64,000 bases of DNA, taken from Myxococcales bacterium (GTDB lineage: Bacteria > Myxococcota_A > Polyangia > Polyangiales > Polyangiaceae). Positions 41,401 through 49,376 of this stretch are shown piece after piece. A model generated the notes under the pieces. That model did no database searches. It was not told the origin of the DNA and was given only the letters and a program-made list of their open reading frames with translations. The stretch lies in contig JAYTOU010000040.1 of assembly GCA_043747615.1 (NCBI GenBank), forward strand, positions 10,541-74,540, read 5' to 3'. The stretch's first letter is position 1. Every line of letters begins with the position of its first letter. Both the position numbers and the translations under genes were made by a program.

Positions 41401-43990
41401 CGTCGAGCGTCGCCTGCTCGTCGCCCGGGGCGATCTCGAACGCGGCGAGGTAACGATCGAACGCTTTCTGCGGCTCCTTGACCTTGCCCTCGTAGAGAGC
41501 GGCCACTTCGCGCAGAAGCTGCAGCTTGGTCTGCGGATCTTCCTCGTGACCGAGCTTTACCTCGATGACGTTGGCGAGCGCCTTCGAGTTGTTGATCGAC
41601 GCATAAATGGGAATGAGGGCTTCGGCGGCCCTGAGATTTTGGGGTTCGAGCTCGAGGATCTTCTCGTAGGCCTTCGCGGCGCGATCGTTCTTCTGCTTTT
41701 TGTCCGCCCAGAGCTCGGCGATCTTGAACAGCAGGCCGATCTTAGCTTCCGTATTTGCTTCTTTCGCTTCCTGCTGCTCAAGGACACGAATGAACTCGTC
41801 CCACTTCCCGGACTCTGCGTAGAACACCTCGAGATCGTCCCAGCGGCCCAGCGCGAGATACTTCTTTTTCAGCGCTTCTTGCGCTTTGCGATCGTTCGCA
41901 TCGAGCAGAAGGAGTGCGCGCCATGCGGCGACCGCCCCCTCGTCGTTGTTCAGGCGATCGCCGTAGATCGTGCCTAGCTTGGTGAGGATCTGGATCTTCG
42001 CCGCGGGGTCGAAGGTGATCTCGGCCTGCTTCTCGAGCGCCGTCGCGAGGTTCTCGAATTCCTTCGCGCGTTCGTAGAGGACCACCAACGCTCCGAGTGC
42101 ATCGGCGTTCGAGGCGTCACTGGCGAGGACTTCGTTCCAGAGCTCGATGCAGACTTCGGGCTTCTTCACCCGCTCGGTTGCGAGCTTTGCGATTTCGAGG
42201 AACTTCGCCGCGCGCTCCGGTCCTGGCGAAATCGATTCTGCTTCGCGCCGCTGCAGACCGAGCAGCTTCTCCCAGTCACGACGCTTCTCGTACATCTGCC
42301 GGAGGTAATCGATGGCCAACGCGTTGTCGGGCTCGAGGGCCACCACCGACTCGTAGGCCTTCACTGCCTCCGCCTGGTTGGCGAACTTCGTCACGTAGAG
42401 ATCAGCCGCCTTCATGTAGAGGCTGACTTTTTCGCCCGGCTCGTCGACGAGCGTCGCGAGCTGGAGAATCGTCTTCACGTATTCGTTGAAGCGCTTCGCG
42501 CCTTCTTGCTTCTCGGCAAGCGCTTGCAGCTCCGCAATTTTCCCGTGACCGGCGGGCCCAGATGCAACGGGCGGCGGGGCCTCGGACGCGGCGACAGCGG
42601 GAGGCGGCGGCGCGACGGAAGCCGGAATCGGTTCGAGCGCGGGCGGAGGGACGGAGATCGCCACTTCGACTTCGGCGACCGACTCTGCGACGGGGTACGC
42701 GGTGGGACGAGAGGAGTGCGGAGACTCGTCGGCAACGGCGCGCACCGTGGGAATCGCTGAAGGCGGCGAGCTGTCCTTCCCCTTGGTGATCGTCACCGGA
42801 GGCGGGGCGAGCGACTCGAGAATAACTTCCACTCCAGCGTTACCCGACGGGCCTCCGCCCGCCTTGGGCGCGGTGAGCGTCTCTCCGATTTGCGCTTCGA
42901 AGGCGCGCAGCTGCGGGTGCTCGGGAGCAACGTCTACCAAGCGCTCGAACGACGTGCGCGCGCGGATCAGATTGCCCATCTCGCGCCACGCAATCGTCCC
43001 TGCTTGCACGAGGAGGAACGTTGCGTTCCCATTTTCACCGGCATCGACCACCGCGTCTTCCGCGATGGTGATCACACGGTTCCAGTCGCCGCCCTTTTTG
43101 CCATAGGCGTCTCGGAGGAAATGGAATGCGCCCTCGTTGCTCGCGTCGAGCTTGATCGCGTCCTCGAGGAAACGTGCGCCGACGTCGAGACTCTGGTGGC
43201 GCGATACCCAGCGCGTACCGAACGTCATCGCCAGCTTTGCCCGGGCGTGCCTGTCCGAGACGGAGGTGAGGATCTCGATCTGCGCGGCTTCGAGCTGCTC
43301 GAGCTTGCCTTGCTCGGAGAGCGAGCCTTCATAGAGAGCTGCGGTCTGCTTCGAGAAGGCATCCGCCGCGTACGCTTTTGCGAGCATGCCTTCCGCTTCT
43401 TCGGGAGCGAAGCGGCGGGTGATGCGCGCCGCGCGAAGAAAGAGCCGGCCTCTTGCGCGGGCATCGGCAGCGTCCGCCGCGAGTCGAAGGAGCTGGGCAA
43501 CCTGCCCTTGCCAAGAGCCGCTTTCAGCCTGGACGTCTTCGAGGCACGCGCTCGACTCCTTGTTTTTTCCGCCGCTCGCCGCGAGGCTACGCGCGTACGT
43601 CGCGGTGGCCTTGTCGTAATCGCCGAGATCGCAGAACACGTCGCCGAGCTCGCAGAGGAGATCGCTCGCGTGGTCGCCTTGCTGCGAGTTCTTGAGCTCG
43701 AGCTCGCAGAGCTTTTGAACCATGTTCAGCTTGCCCAGATCCCAATAGATCATCCGGGCCGCTTCGAGGCTCTCGAGCAAGGCGGGATTGAGCTTGAACG
43801 CGTCTTGGAAATGCTTGAGCGCTTTTACGCCCGCCAAGAACTTCGTTTCGAGAACACGGCCGAGACGCAGATGGTACGCCGCCTTCGCAGCGTTTTGCCC
43901 TGAGCCGGCGATGCCCTTCTCGAGCTCTTCGATGAGCCCTTGCCAATCTCGATTGGTCTCGAGGTACGAAATACGCTCCTGAAGATCCAT
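32468..43990 (-). CDS. gltI: Giant TPR protein, GltI/AgmK-like (3840 aa)
   Basis: Dozens of TPR-like repeats, no signal peptide, C-terminal RAGLLLCADL motif, located in a glt cluster. Confidence 0.75.
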   Translation of the reverse strand: MDLQERISYLETNRDWQGLIEELEKGIAGSGQNAAKAAYHLRLGRVLETKFLAGVKALKHFQDAFKLNPALLESLEAARMIYWDLGKLNMVQKLCELELKNSQQGDHASDLLCELGDVFCDLGDYDKATATYARSLAASGGKNKESSACLEDVQAESGSWQGQVAQLLRLAADAADARARGRLFLRAARITRRFAPEEAEGMLAKAYAADAFSKQTAALYEGSLSEQGKLEQLEAAQIEILTSVSDRHARAKLAMTFGTRWVSRHQSLDVGARFLEDAIKLDASNEGAFHFLRDAYGKKGGDWNRVITIAEDAVVDAGENGNATFLLVQAGTIAWREMGNLIRARTSFERLVDVAPEHPQLRAFEAQIGETLTAPKAGGGPSGNAGVEVILESLAPPPVTITKGKDSSPPSAIPTVRAVADESPHSSRPTAYPVAESVAEVEVAISVPPPALEPIPASVAPPPPAVAASEAPPPVASGPAGHGKIAELQALAEKQEGAKRFNEYVKTILQLATLVDEPGEKVSLYMKAADLYVTKFANQAEAVKAYESVVALEPDNALAIDYLRQMYEKRRDWEKLLGLQRREAESISPGPERAAKFLEIAKLATERVKKPEVCIELWNEVLASDASNADALGALVVLYERAKEFENLATALEKQAEITFDPAAKIQILTKLGTIYGDRLNNDEGAVAAWRALLLLDANDRKAQEALKKKYLALGRWDDLEVFYAESGKWDEFIRVLEQQEAKEANTEAKIGLLFKIAELWADKKQKNDRAAKAYEKILELEPQNLRAAEALIPIYASINNSKALANVIEVKLGHEEDPQTKLQLLREVAALYEGKVKEPQKAFDRYLAAFEIAPGDEQATLDVERAAKSTGGWEKLIESYTRAIDSADSDGYADLGVTLRLRLGRILVDEVSRVDDALVAYRAVYEADGENALAIAALERLYRQTSRYTDLLGIYEKQRDMTLDPVQRKQINYEIAKLFETEIKDVDKAIETYNAVLEDEPTDAPALAHLDVLYGQLERWEPYVETLRRRIELDNGEAELIDLKFRLGTTLEKHVDDAAGALENYREILFLNSQHEGARVALEALLTHPTLKSDAAAILESIYEERNDWAKLISSLEILCSSETDTLKRVQLQRKIARISAGSLEDYARAFDALAAALKDDPALPETRAELEQIAATSESWKKLVTLYEEIAESLSDAQLARDYWMRVAAIDERLGQIDDAAKGYLHVLSLDATDVEALAALEQLFTRTERWTDLIGVIQRRIDQAAEPEAQEALLVQQAQIYDQRLSNLEEAVGSYKKVLELDPSSVRALAALDALFTRQKMWMELAENLESQLALAAGDEEQLALMLRLAALRETEMGQVDTAIEGYRAILERAPSNPPALAALERLGRDPQYELTIADLLEPLYRHLGDYAKLIGVHEVQVRRSDDPSRRVELLHQVAQLHEDAAGDLNASFATLARALKEDPANEVTQQGLDRVARATGRFADLAQVFQGLAEQLVTAGAASGEPPTLASSLYMMSARVYEHDLRDVEVAISLYRRVLEIDAFNLPAAESLERLFRTTERYADLSLVLQKKSEILDHLLEKKEALFQAAAIEEDVLDRPESAIAVYNKVLELDSDDVRALDALIKRYLGLSRWADLMGIYAKKADLVVDAEEKKRIYYQVGAVYERELGDVPKAIDTYQKILELDPDDLQALSRLDVLYEQAQSWQELMGVLTRESEMTADQQEAISFQYRIAELYEKRLEDVARSVELYRDILGQQPDHEPTLRALEGLKSGDKDPLGAAAVLEPVYEAASNWPMLISVHEVQVQHATDPFQKVDLLHRISRLYEDAVDNHASAFDTYARALALDNGNELTLQNLERLAMVVNRWPEVAALYDAELDKLADNPERFVELGLRTAQIFEVQLEDVDNSIIRYRRVLEIDAENQNAIRALDRLFVQTSRWKDLAHILSRESEIGQTPDEILEFKYRLGQVQQLRLNDLDAAIAAYRDVLNAAPEHVATLEALEVLFGTGVKQLEIAEILEPLYRATGEWEKLSRVYEAQLTHIPATAGEGPGGLSIGGEEERLAAYYRIAELYEEKLLDNASTLNVYLRSLKEYPLDERTGEDAPRLAATVDGGWETLANSYADVLGAHSDPGVQRAIGKRLAKTFEDELGDITKAEETYKYVLSVEPLDVDALANLDRIYLSIESWADLGAILEMRVKATTDKLELVDLYARLGEIYEERLNQTADSIRSYRRIFDDLDKTHEGAVAALGRIFAQLGNWVELNNVFERELANASGDVAEAEIRAKIAHLASDKLAEPQRAIDTWKIVLDLRGEDPEALLALSNLYDTQQLWRELVEILERQFEIAPSDDDRVNILTRRARIFSDKLQKDELALEDWNRVLDIDYANLAALRSISAIRRRQQDPAELVAALHQMVDRASTLLDEDQLKEIFRELGKTYGEQLQQPFDAADAWRKLLEVGPDFEAMDALEAIYRSEEKWTDVIDVKMQRAGALADPLEKVEEFRTVAFIWTETLLEPDSATLAYQKILEVEPTSDEAFVELEKRHTTASRWEPQIELYLGRLESREEAAEKTELLRKIARVFEEHLDDKNQALDALINALGEDFHDRETAKYLERMAQATGRWGEVIQTANTWLKEQTDPKQKIRLCLHLAKWYGDDLGHPEFAQPYYAQIVQLDPNNVGALRQMGQLYRKSANWQQLGATLTRALDVAIADVDRKEIMTELGELLDSQMSQTDQAISYFQRALEVDPQYIPALENLERIYGAKGQNRELVDVLQRKVPALTDPVQIATTKLRVGSLYETNLNDPTKAAVVYREVLDVDAANLQGMRGLARVYELLNQWAELVKILEAQLDVVATERERIDVLMHLANMQEEHFLKADIAAQRLEQVLEIDANHEEAYFALERNYRKLRQWLELINAYERHVAATVDRKTKAGLYGAIAQVYADEVEDVERAIDAYRNIVDLDETNIPALDALSKLYDKQGDANQSIEFMTRVADLTQDTKQRVESFYRIGKAHDEKLGDRVAAQDRYEMALDLEPAHLPSLTALRLIAIDNADFDKAARYLDQEQSYTTAPRPRAKLLVELGRLREESLGDHDSAVLAWEAAHEADDENEDAALPLVDEYITREIWDKAEPLLDLLVRKAGKRERGEQHELQNKLGIVTSALGKDDKAFKAYSAAHQLDLTDQATIRGLAEVSFRLKDWGGALTNFQKVLTSLGESETEARADVYFKLGCIKREQGQAKQAINNFERALGVDAAHRPTLEALVSLYFELKDWKQVVAYKRQILDNVFDGEERFKVLLEIGDIWQDNDKSPLKSIEALEEARDINPSHHVLLHKLLALYQATENWAKMIDTIATIADMEKDPGRKSKFLYTMAQIYRDKEGDQDRAVELFNEALDLNPTFLEAFERINKILTSKKDWKALERAFRKMLRRLSAANASNPELEYNLWHNLGLIYRDRLSDTNSAIEAFKMATRFKPDEAVERQILAELFESTDQMEAAIGEHAIVLQKDPMRVDPYRSLYKLYLKQHEYDRAWCMCAALAFLHKADEEEQRFFEDYRPRGMIQVKSRLDNEQWIKNLFHKDENLFVGKIFEMITPAAIVAKTNQLRGARQLPVLDKRFKQDPATSTVTFAKTFGWAAQVLGVPLPELYVRNDVAGALVAVPASPPASVAGQTVLTGFTPQELTFIVGKHLSYYRGEHYIRNLFPTLNELKVMLFSAIKIVMTDFAVPAEMAQAVGQTTAELVKHMQPIQRDSLRIVVQKFVQDGAKADLKRWMQTVEVTSARAGLLLCADLEIAKKIIAAEPQLPGDLPPADKLKELIIFSVSEQYFTLRKTLGIAVG

Positions 43991-44245
43991 GGAATCCTGT
44001 TCGGCGAGGCGGTTATTTCAACCGGTACGGCACGGCAGCATGACGACGACCGCAGCGAAAATACGCTGGACGCGCCCGAGTTCGGAAGGCCAAGGTATCA
44101 GACCGGCCATGGCTCTGAGGAGCCTTGATCACAAGATATCGACTGGAGATTGCGGAGCAGATCGTTCGCCGACTTGCTCTTGACTTTTCTATGCGAATTA
44201 GACCGCGTGATGCGTGTCACGCGGCAGAGTCTGGCGAGTGGCCGC

Positions 44246-45157
44246 CTAAAGTGTGCCGCCGAGCTGCTTGACGATCTCTTGAGCTTGCGTGCACTCGTCC
44301 TCGAACCGCTTGGCCGCGCCGCCGCGGCAGACGGTTTTCGAGAAGGCCGTCAGCTGCTGAATTGCCTCATTTTTCCGGGGTGGAGAGGTCTTCGAGTACG
44401 CGGCACCGAGATTGAAAAAGGCTATCTGCTGGCCTTTTTCATCGCACTTTCCGCACGCCTTACGGGCCGCCTCGAACTCGCCGACCGCGCCGGAGATGTT
44501 TCCCTTCACCTCTTCGACTTCGCCGATGAGGGAGTGGATGATGTAGCCGTTCTTGTCGCCTTCCTTCACGAAGCCGAGCGCCTCTTTCAGAAGCTGCGCA
44601 GCCTGGTCGTAGTAACCAAGGCGAATGTAGAGATCGGCTGGCGGGCCGTAGAAGGAGAGCTCGTCGGGCTTGGTCTCGATCGCCTTCGTGTAATTCTGGA
44701 GCGCGCCCGCTTCGTCATCGAGGTGCAGGAGCACCTGCCCGAGCTCGAAGTAAGAATCCGCGATGTTCGGATCGAGCTTCATTGCCGTGGTGAGCGGCTC
44801 CTTCGCGTCTGCCCAGCTGGTCGGGCCCTTGATGGCCTGTTGCTCGAGGGCGTAGCCGTGGAGGAAGTAGTAGTTCGCGTAGGTGGGCGCGAGCTTCTCG
44901 GCCTTCGCGCAGGTGCTAGCGGTTTTCTCCCAGTCCTCTTTCGCCTGGTACGCGGTCGCGAGCTTCCAGAGGATGCGGCTGTTCGTAGGGTCGAGCATCG
45001 TTGCTTGCTCGTACTTAGAGATGGCGCCGGCCATGTCCCCTTTGCGCGCCTTGTCGCCCTCGTTCGAGAGGTTGACCGCTTCGATGTTGTTGCGACTACA
45101 AGCCGCGCCCAAGAAGAGCGTCGCCCCGAGCAACCCGAGCATCCATCCTGTTCGCAT
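44246..45157 (-). CDS. TPR lipoprotein (alternative TTG start at 45193)
   Basis: Lipobox LGAAC; multiple TPRs. Confidence 0.8.
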   Translation of the reverse strand: MRTGWMLGLLGATLFLGAACSRNNIEAVNLSNEGDKARKGDMAGAISKYEQATMLDPTNSRILWKLATAYQAKEDWEKTASTCAKAEKLAPTYANYYFLHGYALEQQAIKGPTSWADAKEPLTTAMKLDPNIADSYFELGQVLLHLDDEAGALQNYTKAIETKPDELSFYGPPADLYIRLGYYDQAAQLLKEALGFVKEGDKNGYIIHSLIGEVEEVKGNISGAVGEFEAARKACGKCDEKGQQIAFFNLGAAYSKTSPPRKNEAIQQLTAFSKTVCRGGAAKRFEDECTQAQEIVKQLGGTL

Positions 45158-45208
45158 GCGCGGGAGTCTAGACAATCGCGTTCTGGGTTTCAACGCGCTT
45201 CAACGAGT

Positions 45209-47350
45209 TCAATCGCCCGGATTGAAGATGATCGGATAGACGACCGTGACGATGCCGCCTTCGGGCTGCGGGAACGAAAGGTTACCGAAGCCGCGAACGA
45301 CGCACGACACGACTGCCTGATCCGGAAGGTCCGACCCGCCGTCCGACGCAGTAGAGACGCTGCCCGTTCGATCGATGACGAACTTCACCGCGACGCGACC
45401 CTGGAGGTTCGGGTTGGTGCGCATTCCGTTCTCGTAGCAGAGGCGGAAGCGCCCGAAGTTCTGACGAACGATACGCTGGATGACTTCCGGCGGCAGGCGG
45501 CCGTTGACCTGCGTGGCACCCTGACGAATGCTCGGCGCACGCGTCTGGTGAGCGCCGCCGAGGCGACCGTGACCGTTGCCGAAGCCCTGGCCGTTTCCGG
45601 TGCCGGCGCCATGACCGATCGTTCCAATGTTACCGAGGCCGATGCCTTCGCCGCGACCGCCTCCGCCTTCGCCGACTCCCGAGAGGCCAAGGCCGCCTGC
45701 GCCGAATGAGTCGCCGATCGCGTCGCCCCACATGTTTCCGCGAGCAGACATCGGATCGGTTCCGAGCGAGTCTTCACGACCCCACGGGGCCGTCGGTGCG
45801 TTCGGATCCGCGCCGGTCGCCGTGCTGAGGAGACCGATCATTCCGAACTCCGCCGCTTCTTTCAACGCGGCCTGACGCGCAATGTGCGGATCGGGATTGT
45901 CTTGGGGACCCTGCACGCCGAACTTGTGTCCGGTCTCTTTGGTGTTCGGGTTCCCCATGGAGCCCTCTTCGCCCTTGGCGCGGGTACCGGTGCCGCCTTC
46001 TTTGTTGTCGGCGTTCGCGTCGGGCACTTGCTCGGTTTCTTTTTGCTCCTGCTCACGCTCGGCAGCGGCGTTGAGCAAGTGCTGCATCTTCAGAATCTGA
46101 TCGCGATCGATGGCTTCGCTGTCGTCTCCGTTCATGCCGGGCATGAAGAAGGCGAGCGAGGCGACGATGCCCATGTGAAGGAGGAACGACAGCCCGATGA
46201 AGAGAAAGGCCGCAGGCTCCCACGACGCGAGCATTCCCGTCGCGATCGCCTTTCCGGCGTTGACGGCGCTCACCTGGAAAACGAGGCCCGAGCCTTCGAG
46301 CTCCATACGCGCCTTTGCGCCCGGCGGAAGATCGAACTCGTGCGCCCCGCTGAGCTCACTCGAAGGACGCGCTTTCCCGGACGCGATGAGATCGTGGAGC
46401 GTGATCTTTCCTTGTCCGGGGATGTCGACGGTGCCCGACGAGCGCGGCAGAATCACGAGGGTCGCGCTCCCGCCCCGGGCGAGAACGATCGGTGCGCGGG
46501 TGGTGCCGAGTGCTTCGCTCGGAATGAAAAAATCGCAGGTGATCTTCGGGCCCTGCTCTTCGCCTACGAAGAACGAGCGCGGCGGCGTGAGGTGCGAGAC
46601 GTGAAGGACGTTTGCGCCCCACATGATCATGACCTCGACGGCGGCGAGGTGCGACGATTCGACCTCGTCCGGATTCACGTCCGGACCGCTCTTGATCATC
46701 GAGTACGTGTAGCTGCCAGGGGGCGCGTTCGGATCGACGTCGCTCTGGGGATCGGTTCCGTACTGCGGGGCTGCGGCGGCGACGAAGGGATTGCCCGCTG
46801 CGAAGGGGCTGGCCCCAGGAGGTGCCGCTCCCGCGAACGGATTCGCAGAGGCAAACGGATTTGCGGATTGCTGTGCGGGTGCCGCCGAGGCTGCGAAGGG
46901 ATTGCCAGCGGAGGGCGGTTGCGATGCCGGCGCGGGCTGCGACGGCGGACCAGGACGCTGCGACGGCGGCGGACGGTACGACGGCGCCACGGCGGCTGCC
47001 ATGGGCGTCATCTCGGCGGCGGCCTGAGCGTAGTCGGCCTGCTCGAGCTGAATAAGCGTCGAGCCAATCTGAATCTGATCGCCCGGACGGATCTTGCACT
47101 TGTTCACGCGCTGTCCGTTGACGAGCGTTCCCGGCTCGTTGCCGAGATCGATGAGCGTGATGTCGGCGGGCGAAGCGACCTCGATGACCGCGTGCATCCG
47201 CGACGCGAGCTCGTCGTCGACGCGGAGATGACTCCGCGGATCTTTACCGACCTTGACGATGTCCTGAGCGATCGTGTCTCGACGAATCAGCTGATCGCCT
47301 TGGTACAGCGCAAACGTAAGCGCGACCTTCGCCTTGCCCTGGCTATCCAT
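45209..47350 (-). CDS. gltG: GltG/PglI-like protein (FHA, TM, Gly-rich linker, TonB_C-like AgmX/PglI C-terminal domain)
   Basis: N-terminal FHA (SRMHAVI, GTLVNG); one TM; C-terminal IQRIVRQN..RLCYE..GRVAVKFVI..FPQPEGGIVTVVYP. Confidence 0.85.
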   Translation of the reverse strand: MDSQGKAKVALTFALYQGDQLIRRDTIAQDIVKVGKDPRSHLRVDDELASRMHAVIEVASPADITLIDLGNEPGTLVNGQRVNKCKIRPGDQIQIGSTLIQLEQADYAQAAAEMTPMAAAVAPSYRPPPSQRPGPPSQPAPASQPPSAGNPFAASAAPAQQSANPFASANPFAGAAPPGASPFAAGNPFVAAAAPQYGTDPQSDVDPNAPPGSYTYSMIKSGPDVNPDEVESSHLAAVEVMIMWGANVLHVSHLTPPRSFFVGEEQGPKITCDFFIPSEALGTTRAPIVLARGGSATLVILPRSSGTVDIPGQGKITLHDLIASGKARPSSELSGAHEFDLPPGAKARMELEGSGLVFQVSAVNAGKAIATGMLASWEPAAFLFIGLSFLLHMGIVASLAFFMPGMNGDDSEAIDRDQILKMQHLLNAAAEREQEQKETEQVPDANADNKEGGTGTRAKGEEGSMGNPNTKETGHKFGVQGPQDNPDPHIARQAALKEAAEFGMIGLLSTATGADPNAPTAPWGREDSLGTDPMSARGNMWGDAIGDSFGAGGLGLSGVGEGGGGRGEGIGLGNIGTIGHGAGTGNGQGFGNGHGRLGGAHQTRAPSIRQGATQVNGRLPPEVIQRIVRQNFGRFRLCYENGMRTNPNLQGRVAVKFVIDRTGSVSTASDGGSDLPDQAVVSCVVRGFGNLSFPQPEGGIVTVVYPIIFNPGD

Positions 47351-47402
47351 CGTAAAAACCCTCTCTAGGAGCCGCTAGCTGCGGCCCGTGATCCAAATCC
47401 GA

Positions 47403-47678
47403 TTACAGATTTTCGACTGACTTGAGCATTTCGGGCACGAACGACGTCCGCGGCCGAATCAGCGTCGTGCGCACCGGGCCGGGACGAACGCGAATGGTCG
47501 CGTCGTTCGGGCCGAAGCCACCCGCGCTGAGCGGATCGTCGGAGAACTCGTAGCCGTAGCCGTCCTTCTTGTCGCCCGCGGGCGCGCCACCTGCTGCAGG
47601 TGCTGCTCCTTGAGCAAACGCGAATCCCGACACCGAAAGCAACCCCGCCATCACGCTCGATACAATCAACTTTTTCAT
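47403..47678 (-). CDS. gltF: GltF/CglF-like small exported protein
   Basis: Signal peptide; YEFSDDPL...LIRPRTSFVPEMLKSVENL; lies between gltE and gltG. Confidence 0.8.
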   Translation of the reverse strand: MKKLIVSSVMAGLLSVSGFAFAQGAAPAAGGAPAGDKKDGYGYEFSDDPLSAGGFGPNDATIRVRPGPVRTTLIRPRTSFVPEMLKSVENL

Positions 47679-47727
47679 GAGCACTCCTGGTTCAGATCCT
47701 CGACGGAACGGGGCTGATTACAGTGAC

Positions 47728-47757
47728 AGTGTAGCCCCTGAGAGTCATCTCGGTCAA
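47728..47757 (-). promoter_or_regulatory. Candidate internal sigma70 promoter for gltF-gltG
   Basis: TTGACC-N18-TACACT. Confidence 0.45.
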
Positions 47758-47895
47758 CGAAAGTCCAACGCGATTCGTGATGGGCAAAGCATACAGACAT
47801 GCCAATCACCCGAAGGTTCCCAGCAGAACGAACATAGCTAGCAGGGGCGGTCTCGTGCACGCGGGGGGGGCGAAGCGGTGGGGTGACCGCCGGCG

Positions 47896-49365
47896 CTACT
47901 TCTTGTCGGCGGGAGCCGCAGGAGTGGCGGGCGCGGCAGGAGCGTTCCCAGCAGCCGGAGCAGCACCCGGAGCCGGAGCAGGCTCGGGCTCGACGCCCAG
48001 GTTGAGGAAGTTGATGGTGTCGTCGATGTCCTGCATGCGCTCTTTCGAGCGCTTCACGGCGCCGTCGTACTCGGGCTTGCCTGCCGCCTTTTGTACGAAG
48101 CTGTCGAAGATCCCCTTTGCCTGGGTGAGCGAGGCGATGACCTTGGGTTTGTCGCCACCCGACTTGGCCTTGTATTCCTGGGTGAGAATGCCTTCATTGT
48201 AGAATGCATCCGGGCGCGCGCCGTCGATCTTCTTCGCGGTGTCGAGCTCGCCTTGCACGGCGGCGAGCTGCGCGTCGTAGTTCGAGTCGTTGATGAGCCC
48301 GCGGAGGGCGAGCGCCAATCCGAGGTGCGCGTCGTAGTCGTTGGGGTGCATCTCGAGGGCCTTTTTGTAGGCTCCTGCGGCCTGCTCGAAGCCGCGAAAC
48401 GACAAGTTGACCGCCGCATAGTTCATTTGTGCTTCGAAGAACTTCGGATCGAGCTTCGCGGCATTCGCAAACTCGCTCACCGCGCTGTTCACCTGCCCAA
48501 GCTCGTTTTGGATGAGCCCAGCGGTGTTGTGGATGGGCGCGTAGCCGGCATTCTTGCGGATCGCTTGCGAGCAAACGAGGGCCGCGAGCTCGAGTTGCTG
48601 CACGTCGGCGCGCTTGCCCATGGCAGCGTTGGTGGCGATGGATCGACCGCGGCTTCCCTTCCCGCTCGACTTCACTGCACCCGCGCGCTTCTTGGCTTGC
48701 TGGAAGTAGAAAAGAGCGAGCTGGTTGAACGCGGGCATGTACGCGTCGTCGATGGCCAGGGCGCGCTGAAGGTTTTTCTTCGCGCACTCCATGTCGTCTT
48801 TGCAGCCGTCGCCGGGGGCGGCGGAGTCACGCGACATCTGGAAAAGCGCGAGGTTGACGAGCGCCGGAACGTTCTGAAACTGCGCGTCCAAAACGGCTTG
48901 CTGGAGAGCGGCGATCGCTGCGTCTTCGTTGCTGTCTGCCTTGTACTGATAGAGGGCGAGCTGAACGCGCGCGTTGTGGAACTTCGGGTCGTCGCTCAGC
49001 GACTTCTGAAAGTGCGCCTTGGCCTGACCGTCGTTCCCGCAGCGCTGGTACGACAAGCCTGCGTTGAACGTAGCTTCCGGGAACTTCCCGGCTGCCTGCT
49101 TCGAGGCGGCGCTCTCGAACTGCTTTGCGCTGTCGGAGCAGGTGGCGTCGTTCCAGTCGTTCGCCTTGTCGTGCGCGTTGAACGCTTCGAGCGCGGCGTT
49201 GAACTGGGCCTGGGCATCTGCGCTGACCGCGGGCTTCTCAGGTACTTTTGTGGGGCCCGAGGGTGTCGTCCCCGTCTTTACCTCTGCGCCCCCGCCGCCG
49301 CACGCGGCCACGGAGGAGAGAAGCCCCATCATCAGAATCGCGGGCAGAATGGATTTCGTTTTCAT
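47896..49365 (-). CDS. gltE: GltE/AglT-like TPR lipoprotein
   Basis: MKTK...VAAC lipobox, TPRs, position directly after gltD. Confidence 0.8.
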   Translation of the reverse strand: MKTKSILPAILMMGLLSSVAACGGGGAEVKTGTTPSGPTKVPEKPAVSADAQAQFNAALEAFNAHDKANDWNDATCSDSAKQFESAASKQAAGKFPEATFNAGLSYQRCGNDGQAKAHFQKSLSDDPKFHNARVQLALYQYKADSNEDAAIAALQQAVLDAQFQNVPALVNLALFQMSRDSAAPGDGCKDDMECAKKNLQRALAIDDAYMPAFNQLALFYFQQAKKRAGAVKSSGKGSRGRSIATNAAMGKRADVQQLELAALVCSQAIRKNAGYAPIHNTAGLIQNELGQVNSAVSEFANAAKLDPKFFEAQMNYAAVNLSFRGFEQAAGAYKKALEMHPNDYDAHLGLALALRGLINDSNYDAQLAAVQGELDTAKKIDGARPDAFYNEGILTQEYKAKSGGDKPKVIASLTQAKGIFDSFVQKAAGKPEYDGAVKRSKERMQDIDDTINFLNLGVEPEPAPAPGAAPAAGNAPAAPATPAAPADKK

Positions 49366-49376
49366 GGTGATCACCT

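Noticed and set aside
47780..47810. Sigma54 promoter TGGCATG..TGCT upstream of gltF
   Set aside because: GG-to-GC spacing is 11 nt rather than the required 10.
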